From assembly GCA_038918905.1 (NCBI GenBank), contig JBCKZS010000007.1, positions 9,610 through 73,609 of the forward strand: 64,000 nucleotides of DNA. Reading direction: 5' to 3'. Both the position numbers and the translations under genes were made by a program. Below are positions 10,150 to 20,311 of this stretch, piece by piece (within the stretch, counting starts at the first letter, position 1; the number at the start of each line of letters is the position of its first letter). This DNA is from Vicinamibacterales bacterium. Its GTDB lineage: Bacteria; Acidobacteriota; Vicinamibacteria; Vicinamibacterales; SCN-69-37. The notes beneath the pieces are model-generated. The model was not told the DNA's origin, did no database searches, and saw only the letters and a list, made by a program, of their open reading frames with translations.

Positions 10150-10330
10150 GACGGTCCTTCCGGAGAAACAACCGCACGGCCTTATCGGTGCGGCTTCTGA
10201 CGGCCGATAGGGGGCGGTGACGCGCCGGAAGCCCCTGTCGAGCCCCGGCGCGACACAGCCCGGCGTCGATGGTTCCCAGTGGCGGGAGGTGTCACATGAT
10301 TCGCTATAAGCTGTTGCCGCACCGCCGCCC

Positions 10331-11149
10331 ATGCCCATCATTGCCGACACGCACGTTCATGTCTACCCGGTCTATGACATCGCGCTTTTCCTGCGCCAGG
10401 CGCTTCACAACCTGAACCGCCTGGCCGTCGGCGTCAACCCGGACCGGAACGCGTACACCCGCGTGCTCTGCCTGACCGAACGCCGGGACTGCGATTTCTA
10501 CCGGCAGCTTGTGGAGGGCCGGTGGGCGAAGCCGGCCGGCTTCGAGGTCGAGGCGCTGCCGGCCGCCGGCTGTGTGCGCCTCCGTGGACCCGGGGCGGAC
10601 AGCCTGCTCGTCTTCGCCGGGCGGCAAATCGTGACGCGCGAACGCCTCGAGGTACTGGCCCTGACCGTGGACCTGGTTCTGCCGGATGGGCGCGCCCTGC
10701 ACGACGTCATGGATGCCGTGCTCGACGCCGGCGCCGTCCCGGTGCTGAGCTGGGCGCCGGGAAAGTGGTTTTTCGAGCGGAGTCGCCTGGTGGCGAACGC
10801 ACTGGACCATTATGGACCCACGCGGATGGCGCTGGGCGACTCCTCGCTGCGACCGACTCTGTGGCCGGAACCGGGAATGATGACGCGTGCCCGGTCGGCG
10901 GGGTTTCGCGTACTGGCCGGTTCAGATCCGCTGCCCTTCGCGGGGGAAGAAAAGAGGGTGGGCACGTACGGGGTGTGGAGCGATGGCCTGTTGGACGAGG
11001 CGGCGGCGGCGCAATCCCTGCGCCGCCTCCTGCTGGACCCGGTCTCGCACGCGACCACGTGTGGCCACCGCGGGGGCGTCATCACGACGCTGCGGCGGTT
11101 GAAGGGTCATCATCACGCGCGACGGCGTGCCGCCCGGGGTACGGCATGA
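10331..11149 (+). CDS. hypothetical protein, possible PHP/amidohydrolase-like metal-dependent hydrolase
   Basis: The N-terminus MPIIADTHVHVYP resembles the first metal-binding motif of PHP/amidohydrolase folds. Nothing else is recognisable. ATGA overlap with the next GT4 gene. Confidence 0.4.
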   Translation: MPIIADTHVHVYPVYDIALFLRQALHNLNRLAVGVNPDRNAYTRVLCLTERRDCDFYRQLVEGRWAKPAGFEVEALPAAGCVRLRGPGADSLLVFAGRQIVTRERLEVLALTVDLVLPDGRALHDVMDAVLDAGAVPVLSWAPGKWFFERSRLVANALDHYGPTRMALGDSSLRPTLWPEPGMMTRARSAGFRVLAGSDPLPFAGEEKRVGTYGVWSDGLLDEAAAAQSLRRLLLDPVSHATTCGHRGGVITTLRRLKGHHHARRRAARGTA

Positions 11150-12300
11150 AGAAGGTTCTTTTCATTGCGCCCCAGCCCTTCTTTCAATGGCGCGGCTCGC
11201 CCATTCGCGTGAGTTTCAACGCGCGGGCCCTGGCTGAACTGGGGTACCAGGTTGACCTGCTCGTCATGCCGATGGGCGAGGACCGCGTCATCCCGGGTGT
11301 TCGTCTCCTGCGCATCCCCAACGTCCTGGGCGTACGCGATTTGCCGATTGGCCCCTCACGGCTCAAGGCTTTCTACGATGTCTTTCTCTATGTCTACGCA
11401 CTCGGCCTGGCGATCCGGCACCGTTACGACGTCATCCACGGCGTCGAGGACGCGGGTCCCATCGCCGTGATCGCGGGGCGCCTGACCGGCGCCCGGGTTG
11501 TGTTCGAGAAGCACTCGGACCCCGGTTCGTACAGGAAGGGCTGGGCTCGCAATGTCGTCATGTGGCTCTACCGCCGCGTGGAGGCGTTCTCCATTCGGAA
11601 GGCGGATGCGGTCATCGGCACCGGTCCGGCGCTGGTCGAGGAAGCGCGCCGCGTGAAGGCAGACGTGGTGGCGCACCATATTTTCGACATTCCCTCCTCG
11701 CTGACGGAAGCCGTACCGGAGCGGGTGGAGGCGATCCGCCGGGCGTGGCAGGAGAATGAGGCGCGGCAACTGGTCGTCTACGTCGGCTCCTTTGCCGTCT
11801 ACCAGGGCATCGACCTGATGTTCGAGGCCATGCCGCGGGTCGTGCAGCAGAACCCGCGTGCGCGTTTCGTGGTGATTGGCGGGACGTCGGAAGAGATTGC
11901 GGAACGGAAGCGCTGGCTGACCAAGCGCGGTATCGACGGAGCGGTGGTGTTTCCCGGCAAGATTCCGCCCGACGATCTGCCGAGCCATCTGGCGGCCGCG
12001 GATGTCTTGCTTTCCCCGCGCAGCGCCGGCAACAACACACCGCTGAAGCTGCTCGACTATCTCAAAGCAGGCCGGGCGATCGTCGCCACCGACCATGAAG
12101 CCAATCGTCTCATCCTGGATGACACGTGCGCGGTACTGGTCGAGGCCAGCCCGCCGGCGTATGCCGAAGGCATCTGCCGCCTGCTGTCGGACGTGGCGTT
12201 ACGGGAGCGACTGGGCCGGTGCGGGCGCCGCAAGGTGGAGGCGCAGTATAACTTCGCCGAATTCAAGCGCCGGTTGGCCGCCTGCTACGCCGGGCTGTGA
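11146..12300 (+). CDS. GT4-family glycosyltransferase
   Basis: Start MKKVLFIAPQPFFQWRGSPIRV inside track ORF 10522..12300. C-terminal GKIPPDDLPSHLAAADVLLSPRSAGNNTPLKLLDYLKAGRAIVAT fits GT-B/GT4. Confidence 0.75.
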   Translation: MKKVLFIAPQPFFQWRGSPIRVSFNARALAELGYQVDLLVMPMGEDRVIPGVRLLRIPNVLGVRDLPIGPSRLKAFYDVFLYVYALGLAIRHRYDVIHGVEDAGPIAVIAGRLTGARVVFEKHSDPGSYRKGWARNVVMWLYRRVEAFSIRKADAVIGTGPALVEEARRVKADVVAHHIFDIPSSLTEAVPERVEAIRRAWQENEARQLVVYVGSFAVYQGIDLMFEAMPRVVQQNPRARFVVIGGTSEEIAERKRWLTKRGIDGAVVFPGKIPPDDLPSHLAAADVLLSPRSAGNNTPLKLLDYLKAGRAIVATDHEANRLILDDTCAVLVEASPPAYAEGICRLLSDVALRERLGRCGRRKVEAQYNFAEFKRRLAACYAGL

Positions 12301-13262
12301 ACGGGCACGTTTGCCTCCGGGTCATCGGCCGATCCGCCCGCCGTCCGCATCAGCAGGTAGCCCCACTCGGGCCAGTGGGCGACCTCGCAAGCGCCAAGGC
12401 TGGCCAGGTAGGCGCTCATCTCGCGGGTGTCGGACAGATAGACGGCATCGGAGTCGGAGAAGAACTCGACGCCGGTCAGGCTGACGGGATTCAGGTGAAT
12501 CAAGAAGCGGCTATCGTCCTGGCCACGCGGATAGCGGCGGCGCAGGAGTCGCGGGTACACGATGCGATGCTGGTAGAGGTGCAGGAGCGCATCAAGGAAC
12601 TTGAAGCGGCGGATCTTGGCCGCGAACGGAATCGCCGACAACCCGTAGTGGAACGACTTGAGATACTCGCGCTCGCGGAAGGGCGGCGTCAGAATCGCCA
12701 CGAGGCCGCCGGGCCGCGCCAGCCGGTGCATCTGATCCAGCAGCCGGTGCGGCCACACCAGATGTTCGACGACGTACAGGCTCATGACAAGGTCGAAGCG
12801 GCGGTCGCCGACGTTCACGTCGTAGAGTGACGAGGCGACGAACTGCGCGGCGGGCTGCTCGACCCGGTTGCGTTCGATCCGTTCCCGCGACCAGTCCACG
12901 CCGGTGTAGCGCAGCGACCGATCCGCCCAGTGGCGGTACACGTGTGCCGCGCCGCAGCCGAGGTCCAGCACCGTCGCGCCGTCGGGCACGGCGTCGTGGA
13001 GGTGCCGGTGCGGTTTGAAGTCGGGCCCCCAGGTCTCGTTGACGGCCGCGCCGATGGCGAAGTACCGGCGCGCGACGCCGCTGTTGTAGAAGGCCTCCAG
13101 GTCGAGGTGCAGCCGCTCGAGTCGCGGCTGGGCCGCGGGATCGAGGGCGCTTGCCAGCTCCGGCCGCAGGCGTAGCCGTGTCAGCAGTCCCGGTCGATTC
13201 GTCGTATTTGCGGCCTCCCGAGTCAAGATCACTCCGTTCTCAGACTCAGTGCCCATCAACAC
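12285..13262 (-). CDS. class I SAM-dependent methyltransferase
   Basis: Motif I TVLDLGCGAAHVY and the post-I region; 325 aa. Convergent 16-nt overlap with the GT4 gene. Confidence 0.65.
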   Translation of the reverse strand: MLMGTESENGVILTREAANTTNRPGLLTRLRLRPELASALDPAAQPRLERLHLDLEAFYNSGVARRYFAIGAAVNETWGPDFKPHRHLHDAVPDGATVLDLGCGAAHVYRHWADRSLRYTGVDWSRERIERNRVEQPAAQFVASSLYDVNVGDRRFDLVMSLYVVEHLVWPHRLLDQMHRLARPGGLVAILTPPFREREYLKSFHYGLSAIPFAAKIRRFKFLDALLHLYQHRIVYPRLLRRRYPRGQDDSRFLIHLNPVSLTGVEFFSDSDAVYLSDTREMSAYLASLGACEVAHWPEWGYLLMRTAGGSADDPEANVPVHSPA

Positions 13263-13414
13263 TCAATGCTCAATGGGGCCGCCCAAGGCAAGATCCGCGC
13301 GCCGAGGCAGGTGACACGCAAACGCAGGGTAGCCCCTTGCCGGTGTTTTCGTCAACCTCAGCCCGATGTCCTGCGGCCCGGGGGTGACACAGCCTGACAC
13401 AGCCCCGGCGAACC

Positions 13415-13443
13415 TTGACCACAGGGAAGCGCGTTCCTATAAT
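13415..13443 (+). promoter_or_regulatory. sigma70-like promoter candidate (TTGACC-17 nt-TATAAT)
   Basis: Read directly: cTTGACCacagggaagcgcgttccTATAATacc, 17-nt spacer, in the 346-nt divergent intergenic region about 165 nt upstream of the epimerase start at 13608. Confidence 0.45.
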
Positions 13444-13607
13444 ACCGGCTGGGTTGGGTTGCGATTCCACCCCCGCCACGCGCACGCTGACGTGTTGTTG
13501 ACGCCCCTGCCTTCGGTGTGTTTGCCCCGGCGCGTTGTCCTTTCTTGCTGCGCGTGCAGCTCGTCGCGCGCGCGGCAGGTGGGCGATCGCTCCAGGGAGA
13601 TCCACTG

Positions 13608-14621
13608 ATGGGCCGGGCGCTGGTGACGGGGGCGACAGGGTTTACCGGGCAGCACCTGGTCCGCCGCCTGCTCGCCGAGGGGGAGCCGGTCCGTGTGGTC
13701 GCGCGCGTGCCAGACCGCGCGCGCGCCGCGTTCGGGGACCGGGTGGAGGTTGTGGGCGGCGATGTGGCCGATGCGTCAGTGATCGCCCGGGCCGTGCCGG
13801 GCTGCGATGTCGTGTATCACCTGGCCGCCGCGTATCGGGAGGCGGGCGCCACGGTGCGCTACCGGGCGGTGCATGTCGACGCCACGCGACTGCTGCTGGA
13901 GGCGTCGGTCCGCGAGGGCGTGTCGCGGTTCGTCCATTGCAGCACGGTGGGGGTCCTCGGGCACATCGCGCATCCACCGGCGGACGAGCGCACGCCCGTC
14001 AGTCCAGGGGACATCTATCAAGCCACCAAGTGTGAGGGCGAACAACTCGCGCTGGCCTTCGCCGCGCGGCACGGCCTGCCCTTGGCGGTGGCGAGACCCA
14101 CGGCCATCTACGGACCAGGTGACCTCCGGTTGCTGAAGTTCTTCCGCCTGATCGCCCGTCGCCGCTTCGTGATGCTCGGGAGCGGGTCGGTGTTCTACCA
14201 CATGGTCCACGTGGACGATCTGGTCACCGGACTCCGGCAACTCGCGGTGCACCCCAACGCGGCCGGCGAGGTGTTCATTCTCGGGGGTGAGCAGTACCGG
14301 ACGCTCAACGACCTCGCGGCGACGATCGCGGGGATTGTGGGGGTTCCGCGTCCCCGCTGGCGGTTTCCCGCGTGGCCGGTGCAATTGGCGGGGTCGGCAT
14401 GCGAACGGATCTGCGCGCCGTTCGGGATTGTGCCGCCCGTGTATCGGCGCCGGGTGGATTTTTTCACCAAGAGCCGGGCGTTCTCGATCGAGAAGGCGAA
14501 GCGCGTGCTGGGGTACCAGCCCCGGATCGACCTCGAGCACGGCCTGCGCGAGACGGCCCGCTGGTACGTGGCCCAGGGGCTCCTGCCCGGCGCCGCGGCT
14601 CACATGGACGACGCCCGATGA
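13608..14621 (+). CDS. NAD-dependent epimerase/dehydratase (extended SDR)
   Basis: MGRALVTGATGFTGQHLVRRL (GxxGxxG) and YQATKCEGE (YxxxK). Start chosen at the ATG at 13608 inside track ORF 13518..14621. Confidence 0.8.
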   Translation: MGRALVTGATGFTGQHLVRRLLAEGEPVRVVARVPDRARAAFGDRVEVVGGDVADASVIARAVPGCDVVYHLAAAYREAGATVRYRAVHVDATRLLLEASVREGVSRFVHCSTVGVLGHIAHPPADERTPVSPGDIYQATKCEGEQLALAFAARHGLPLAVARPTAIYGPGDLRLLKFFRLIARRRFVMLGSGSVFYHMVHVDDLVTGLRQLAVHPNAAGEVFILGGEQYRTLNDLAATIAGIVGVPRPRWRFPAWPVQLAGSACERICAPFGIVPPVYRRRVDFFTKSRAFSIEKAKRVLGYQPRIDLEHGLRETARWYVAQGLLPGAAAHMDDAR

Positions 14622-15358
14622 TCGACCTGGAGCGCGCCGACGTCGAGACCTCGTCAGCCGGGTACGCCCGGCGGTTTTCCGGCAGCGTGGGCCGGTGGTT
14701 TTTGCGCCGCCAGGAATCGTGCACGGCCGAACTCCTCACGGAATCCCTGCAGGGACTCCGCGTGCTCGATGTCGGCGGCGGGCACGGACAGTTGCTGCCG
14801 TTTCTGGAGCGGGCGGGCTGTCAGGTGACGGTGTTTGGCAGCGACGCGTCCTGCGCCGGCCAGATCGGTCCATGGCTGGATCGCGGGGCCGCGCGCTTCA
14901 TGAGCGGGGACCTGCTCGCGCTGCCGTTCGATGACCGCCAGTTCGATCTCGTGTTGAGCTTCCGGTTGCTGCCCCACGTACGGGCGTGGCGGCGGTTGAT
15001 GGCTGAACTGTGCCGGGTGTCGAATCACCGGGTCGTGGTCGACTATCCGTCGAGCCGGAGCGTGAACGCGTTCGCCACGCCGCTGTTCGCGTTGAAACGC
15101 CGGGTCGAGCGGGACACCCGGCGGTTCACCGTGTTCTCGCCTTTGGAGATCGGCGACGCGTTCGCCAGCCACCAGTTTCAAGTCGTGGGCGAACGGGGCC
15201 AGTTCTTTCTTCCGATGGCGCTGTACCGGGCGGTGCGCTCAGGCCGGCTCGGTCGGGCTGTCGAAGCCCTGCCGCGGGGGTTGGGACTGACGGCCGCGTT
15301 GGGGTCTCCCCGGATCGTCCGTGCCGATCGCATGGCGGCCCGCTCGGAAGCGCGTTGA
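14618..15358 (+). CDS. class I SAM-dependent methyltransferase
   Basis: LRVLDVGGGHGQLLPFLERAG (motif I). ATGA overlap with the epimerase stop (14618-14621). Confidence 0.7.
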   Translation: MIDLERADVETSSAGYARRFSGSVGRWFLRRQESCTAELLTESLQGLRVLDVGGGHGQLLPFLERAGCQVTVFGSDASCAGQIGPWLDRGAARFMSGDLLALPFDDRQFDLVLSFRLLPHVRAWRRLMAELCRVSNHRVVVDYPSSRSVNAFATPLFALKRRVERDTRRFTVFSPLEIGDAFASHQFQVVGERGQFFLPMALYRAVRSGRLGRAVEALPRGLGLTAALGSPRIVRADRMAARSEAR

Positions 15359-15381
15359 GCGGCAGAGGGTATCATAGGCGC

Positions 15382-17289
15382 GTGTCGTCGCCCGCCAGCC
15401 CGAGTGCACCGACCCCGCGCACGCCACGATCCTCCCTTGCTCCAGGCCTCCTGGTCACGCTCCTGATCGTGATCGTCGGCGGCGCAGCGGCGCTGTCCGT
15501 CGACCCCACGCGCGAAGGGTACGGCCTGAAGGGCGACGAAGCGACCTACGTCTCGATGGCGTTAAGCCTGGCGCACGACCGGGATGTACGGTTCGATCGC
15601 CGAGACCTGCAGCGATTCTGGGCGATCTATGGAACTGGCCCGGAGGGCCTCTTCCTGAAGCGGGGCGGGCCGCTGGTGCCGCGCGTGCGTGCGGCCTGGC
15701 CGGTTCTGACACTCGAGCGCGCGCCGGAACGGACACGCGAGCGTCTGTACTACGCGAAAGCCTTCGTCTACGGCGCCGCCGCCGCGCCGTTTGCCGCGGT
15801 GTGGGGGATCAACGGGCTGTTGCTGTTGAACGTCCTGCTGCTGGCCGGTGTGGTGCTCGCGGGATACACCTTCCTGGCCGCCCGGGGAACGCCCGTCGCG
15901 GCGATCCTGTTTTCGACCGCGTTCGTCTTCGCCTCGTGCGCGCCAGTCTATGGTGTCTGGTTGACGCCGGAAATTCTGAACCTCGCCCTCGTGTTTTTTG
16001 GGTACTTTCTCTGGCTCTACAAGGAAGTGGCCCCGGCCGCGTCGTCGCGATGGACGCAGTGGCTGCGAAGTCCGCTCACCGATGTGGCCGCGGCCGCGTT
16101 GCTCGCGCTCGCCACGTACTCCAAGCCGCCGAACATCCTCCTGGTCGTCCCGATTGTGGTGTGGCTGCTCTGGCGGCGGCGCGTCCTCGCGGGTCTGATG
16201 ATCGGTGCGGTCTTCGGCGCGGTCGTGGCGGGGGCGTTCGCGCTGACCGCGCTCGTGGCCGGCGACGCCAACTACCAGGGCGGGGAACGCAAGACGTTCT
16301 ACGGCACGTTCCCGTTCCAGAGCCGGGCACTCACGTTTGAGACCAGCGGGGTCTCGATGGCGACCGATGAGCTCGTGGGAGACGACCCGTTCGAGCCCGG
16401 GGTGTTCTGGCCGCGGCTCGCGGCCAACGCCCGGTATTTTTTTGTCGGGCGGCACTTCGGGTTCCTGCCGTATTTCTTCCCTGGTGTGATCGCCCTCGGA
16501 CTGTTCGTCGTCTCGCGACGCAAGGGTCCCCCCTGGCGCTGGGCGGTGCTTGCCGTCACCTGTGCCACCGCCCTCTGGTTCCTGGTGATGCTGCCGTTCT
16601 CCTGGTCGGGCGGGGGAGGGCCCATCGGCAACCGCTATTTCCTCAGTGTCTACCCCGCGCTGTTCTTCGTCGTGCCGTCCATCCGGTCCTGGTGGCCCGG
16701 CGTGCTCGCATGGGCCGGCGGCGCGGCGTTCATCGCGCACATTCTCGTGCAGCCCTTCTATGCGGCACGGTTTCCGTGGATCACGAGCCAGCGCGGGCTG
16801 CTGCGCGCGCTGCCAGTCGAGCTGACGATGCCCGATGATCTTCCGATCCGTCTCACGCTGGAGCGGTCGCGACTCGACTACGGCGACCCGCGGATGCTGC
16901 TCTATCTCGTCACGGAGGAGGCGTACCAGCCCGAGCCGGCCGGCATCTGGATCAAGGGAGGAGGCCGCGCGGACGTGCTCGTCCGGAGCGCCCAGTACGG
17001 AGACCTGCGCGCGCGGCTGGTGTCGCCGATCGCGAACGTCGTGCGTGTGGGCGCCGGGCGCGGGAGCCGCCTGGTCCATCTCACCCCCGGCGTCCCGGTG
17101 GACGTCACGCTCCCCGTGCGGTGGGTCCAGTCGCGTCCGGGGAGCGCGGCATTCCTGCTGTCGGTGCAGGCCACACACGGATTCGTGCCGCGGCTGATCG
17201 ACCCCGCGGCCACCGACGGGCGGTGGCTCGGCGTGCAGATCAGTTTCGAGGTGGTTTCCCCGAAGACCGGCGAAAGTGGATCGGAATGA
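15382..17289 (+). CDS. polytopic membrane protein, GT-C-like (ArnT/PMT-type) putative glycosyltransferase
   Basis: ~635 aa with more than 10 hydrophobic segments. An early loop GDEATYVSMALSLAHDRD resembles the acidic first-loop motif of GT-C enzymes. GTG start at 15382 is inferred. Confidence 0.5.
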   Translation: MSSPASPSAPTPRTPRSSLAPGLLVTLLIVIVGGAAALSVDPTREGYGLKGDEATYVSMALSLAHDRDVRFDRRDLQRFWAIYGTGPEGLFLKRGGPLVPRVRAAWPVLTLERAPERTRERLYYAKAFVYGAAAAPFAAVWGINGLLLLNVLLLAGVVLAGYTFLAARGTPVAAILFSTAFVFASCAPVYGVWLTPEILNLALVFFGYFLWLYKEVAPAASSRWTQWLRSPLTDVAAAALLALATYSKPPNILLVVPIVVWLLWRRRVLAGLMIGAVFGAVVAGAFALTALVAGDANYQGGERKTFYGTFPFQSRALTFETSGVSMATDELVGDDPFEPGVFWPRLAANARYFFVGRHFGFLPYFFPGVIALGLFVVSRRKGPPWRWAVLAVTCATALWFLVMLPFSWSGGGGPIGNRYFLSVYPALFFVVPSIRSWWPGVLAWAGGAAFIAHILVQPFYAARFPWITSQRGLLRALPVELTMPDDLPIRLTLERSRLDYGDPRMLLYLVTEEAYQPEPAGIWIKGGGRADVLVRSAQYGDLRARLVSPIANVVRVGAGRGSRLVHLTPGVPVDVTLPVRWVQSRPGSAAFLLSVQATHGFVPRLIDPAATDGRWLGVQISFEVVSPKTGESGSE

Positions 17290-18956
17290 TCAGCCGGCTG
17301 TCATCAATAAAAGAGGGCGCGGCCGTCACGCTTCTCGCGATCGTGCTGGTGGGGTATTTCACGTTTCCCCTCGTGCTTCGGCCGGGCAGCCTGGGCCGCA
17401 CCGACAGCGGCGACGGACAGTTCAGCATCTGGAACGTCGCCTGGGTCGCGCGCGCCCTGATCACGCCTGGCCAGCGCCTGTTCGACGCCAATATCTTCCA
17501 TCCCCGGCGAGGCACGCTCGCATATTCGGAAGCCAACCTGGGTGCGGGGCTGCTCGCGGTGCCCGGCTACGCGCTCACCAGGAATCCGTATGTCGCCCAC
17601 AACTCGGCGTTCCTGCTCGGACTGGTCCTGTCGGTGATCGGCATGTACTACCTGGCCCGCCGACTGTCCGGGAGCCGCCCGGGTGCCGTGGTCGCGGCGA
17701 TCGTCTTCTCGTTTTGTCCGTACCTGTTTGCCCACACCGCCCACATCCAGTTGCTGATGATCGGTCCGTTGCCGTTTGTGTTCCTCGCGTTGCACGCCTG
17801 GGTGGACGCGCCGACGCCGCGACGGGCGGTGGTGTTGGGACTGACCATCGGTGCGCAGGCGTTGTTCTGCGCGTACTACGGCATTCTGGCGGGTCTGCTG
17901 GCCGGCTTCTGCGTCGTGTTCTACAGCGTGTCGCGAGGGCAGTGGCGCCGGCCAGGCTGGTGGGGATCGGCCGCGCTCGCCGCCGCCGTGTCGATCATGC
18001 TGGTGCTGCCGTTTTTTCTGCCGTATGTGACGCTCCAGCGGGACACGGGGTTCGGCCGTGCGCTCGACGAGGCGCGACTGTATGCCGCCGACTGGCGCGC
18101 GTACTTCGCCTCCAACGCCTGGCTCCATACCTGGATGCTCCCGTACCTCGGCCAGTGGAAGGAGGTCCTGTTTCCCGGCGTCACCGCGCTCACGTGCGGC
18201 GTCATCGGCGCCGTGGCCGGCCTCAGGCGCGGGGGCCAGCTACGGGAGACGACGGCCGTCTACTTGTGCCTCGGAGTGCTGGCGATCTGGAGTTCCTTCG
18301 GACCTGCCGCCGGGCTGTACTCGCTGCTGTACCACACGATTCCCGTGTTCTCGCTGTTGCGCGCGCCGGCTCGTTTCGGGGTCGCGGTGTCGTTCGCGCT
18401 CGCCATCCTGTCGGCGATCGGCGTCGCGGCGTTACTCCGGAGGTTGGCCCGTGGCCGACGTCGCGTTGTCGGTGCCCTGGTCATCGCCGCGGCCGTCCTC
18501 GACCTGTCGATGACGATGCCGTTTCGGCCTGTGCCTCCCGTGCCTGAGGCGTATCGGGTGCTGGCGGCGTCGCGTCCGGGGAGTGTGGTCGAATTGCCGT
18601 TCTTCTACCACACCCACGATTTTTATCGTCATTCGCGGTACATGCTGGGCTCGACGTTTCATTGGTTGCCGCTCATCAACGGCTACAGCGACTACATTCC
18701 CACCGATTTCATGGAGTCGGCGTTTCCCCTCGCGTCGTTTCCTAATCCCGAAGGATTCGCGCTGCTTCGGGCGCGACGTGCCCGGTATGCCGTGTTCCAC
18801 CTGGCGCTGTACGACTCCGCCAATCGAGCCGCACTGCGCCGGCGGCTGGAGGCGTACCGGGAGTTTCTCCGCCCGATGGTGCAGGAGGAACAGGACGAGG
18901 ACGTGTGGCTGTTCGAGATTGTCCGATGGCCTGACGTGCACCCGCCCCTGGGCTGA
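17286..18956 (+). CDS. polytopic membrane protein of unknown function (possible second GT-C-like enzyme)
   Basis: Start MISRLSSIKEGAAVTLLAIVLVGYF with ATGA overlap to the previous gene. Multiple TM helices followed by a soluble C-terminal domain. Confidence 0.5.
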   Translation: MISRLSSIKEGAAVTLLAIVLVGYFTFPLVLRPGSLGRTDSGDGQFSIWNVAWVARALITPGQRLFDANIFHPRRGTLAYSEANLGAGLLAVPGYALTRNPYVAHNSAFLLGLVLSVIGMYYLARRLSGSRPGAVVAAIVFSFCPYLFAHTAHIQLLMIGPLPFVFLALHAWVDAPTPRRAVVLGLTIGAQALFCAYYGILAGLLAGFCVVFYSVSRGQWRRPGWWGSAALAAAVSIMLVLPFFLPYVTLQRDTGFGRALDEARLYAADWRAYFASNAWLHTWMLPYLGQWKEVLFPGVTALTCGVIGAVAGLRRGGQLRETTAVYLCLGVLAIWSSFGPAAGLYSLLYHTIPVFSLLRAPARFGVAVSFALAILSAIGVAALLRRLARGRRRVVGALVIAAAVLDLSMTMPFRPVPPVPEAYRVLAASRPGSVVELPFFYHTHDFYRHSRYMLGSTFHWLPLINGYSDYIPTDFMESAFPLASFPNPEGFALLRARRARYAVFHLALYDSANRAALRRRLEAYREFLRPMVQEEQDEDVWLFEIVRWPDVHPPLG

Positions 18957-19069
18957 GCCTGCCCCCGGGCCCCCGGGCCCCCGGGATTGACACGTGGCGC
19001 ACTGAATAATCCGGGCTAGAATGACAGCGCGGTGGAAGACTTCTCTTAACCGACAAGGAGCATCGTCTT

Positions 19070-19693
19070 ATGTATCTTCGTTCCCGGATTCTCGCGCTCG
19101 GCCTGGGCGTCATTCTCACAGGGGTGTCAACCGCCACGGCCCAGGACACAGCCAACCCGACCGACACACGTCCCGTGACGTTGGGCGTCAAGGGAGGGCT
19201 GAACGTCGCGAATCTCAAGGGGCCCACCGTCGGCCACGCTGGCGACTCGCTGGGGCTTTCGCTCGGGGCGTTTGTCACCCGCGACCTCACGAAAAACATC
19301 GGCCTCCAGGTGGAAGGCCTGTTCAGCCAGCGTGGTGCAAAGTTCGAAGTCGGTTCGTCGACCGGCACCCTCCGCGTGAACTACCTCGACATTCCGGTGT
19401 TCGTCCGGGCCGGTACGACCTCGAAGTTCGATACCTTCGTGTACGTCTTCGGCGGCGCCACCGCCAGTCTGAAGCTCGGCGCGTCCCTGAAGGAGGGGGG
19501 TGCCGACGCGCCGCGCTTCTCGAATGACAACCTGGAGTCGTCGGACCTCGGACTGACGGTGGGCCTCGGGGTCGAAGGACACCGCATCCTGATGGACGCG
19601 CGCTACACGATGGGCCGCGGGAACATCGAGAAGAGCGGCGAGGACATCAAAAATCGCACATTCACCGTGATGGCTGGCATTCGGTTGTGGTGA
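19070..19693 (+). CDS. outer-membrane beta-barrel protein (OmpA-like barrel / porin family)
   Basis: Signal peptide MYLRSRILALGLGVILTGVSTATAQ, alternating beta-strand pattern, C-terminal ...FTVMAGIRLW. AAGGAG Shine-Dalgarno upstream. Confidence 0.7.
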   Translation: MYLRSRILALGLGVILTGVSTATAQDTANPTDTRPVTLGVKGGLNVANLKGPTVGHAGDSLGLSLGAFVTRDLTKNIGLQVEGLFSQRGAKFEVGSSTGTLRVNYLDIPVFVRAGTTSKFDTFVYVFGGATASLKLGASLKEGGADAPRFSNDNLESSDLGLTVGLGVEGHRILMDARYTMGRGNIEKSGEDIKNRTFTVMAGIRLW

Positions 19694-19729
19694 GGACGTG
19701 ACCCAGGGAGCTGGCGGCACGCGTGACGC

Positions 19730-20290
19730 ATGGGTGATCGCGTGACCCGTGCGCAGGGGGTCACGACTGGCCTCGCCGCGGGCCTTGTTCTTGTCGGCGG
19801 GTGGTGGCTGTTCGGGCCTCCGGCGATCGAACCGATTCGACTGATCGACACATTCGCGGCGGCGGTGAAACGTCCGGACGCGGGCGTGTTCGAGGTGACC
19901 GACGTCGCCATTGGTGGCGAGTCCAAACGGTCCATTTCGATCGCACCGGGAGACACGCGCCTGGTATGGGACAGGGTGCCGATTCCACACGACGCGTGGC
20001 TGAGCGTGTCGATTGCCCTTCGTCCCGAGGCGTTCGAACAGGAAGGCGACGGCGTGGTCTTCCTGATCGGCGCGTCCGACGGACGGACCTACGAGGAATT
20101 GTTCGCACAACACGTCAACCCGTTCGGCCATGCCGGTGACCGTCGCTGGATTCCCCTCATGCTCGATCTGTCCCACTACGGGGGCGAGCAGATCGAGCTG
20201 ATCTTCAATACCCGCGTTGGCCCGGTGGGGAGCACCGACGCGCGAGCCGACCTCGCCGTCTGGGGAGACCCGGCCATTCTTGTCCGATGA
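19730..20290 (+). CDS. hypothetical membrane-anchored protein
   Basis: 186 aa with an N-terminal TM segment (TTGLAAGLVLVGGWWLF). No recognisable motif. Confidence 0.45.
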   Translation: MGDRVTRAQGVTTGLAAGLVLVGGWWLFGPPAIEPIRLIDTFAAAVKRPDAGVFEVTDVAIGGESKRSISIAPGDTRLVWDRVPIPHDAWLSVSIALRPEAFEQEGDGVVFLIGASDGRTYEELFAQHVNPFGHAGDRRWIPLMLDLSHYGGEQIELIFNTRVGPVGSTDARADLAVWGDPAILVR

Positions 20291-20311
20291 CACCCGGAGC
20301 CTGACGCGCGC

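Noticed and set aside
15562-17178. Long antisense ORFs across the window (e.g. 15562..17178 -, 28239..28946 -, 29821..31113 -, 33527..34855 -, 35547..37001 -, 44487..46184 -, 48177..49742 -, 19127..20413 -)
   Set aside because: Each overlaps a gene with clear family motifs on the opposite strand and has Arg/Pro/Gly/His-biased composition. They were treated as shadows, not genes.
18961-18984. (GCCCCCGG)x3 tandem repeat after the membrane-protein gene
   Set aside because: It is short, self-complementary GC-rich filler that may act as a terminator stem. It is too small to interpret further.
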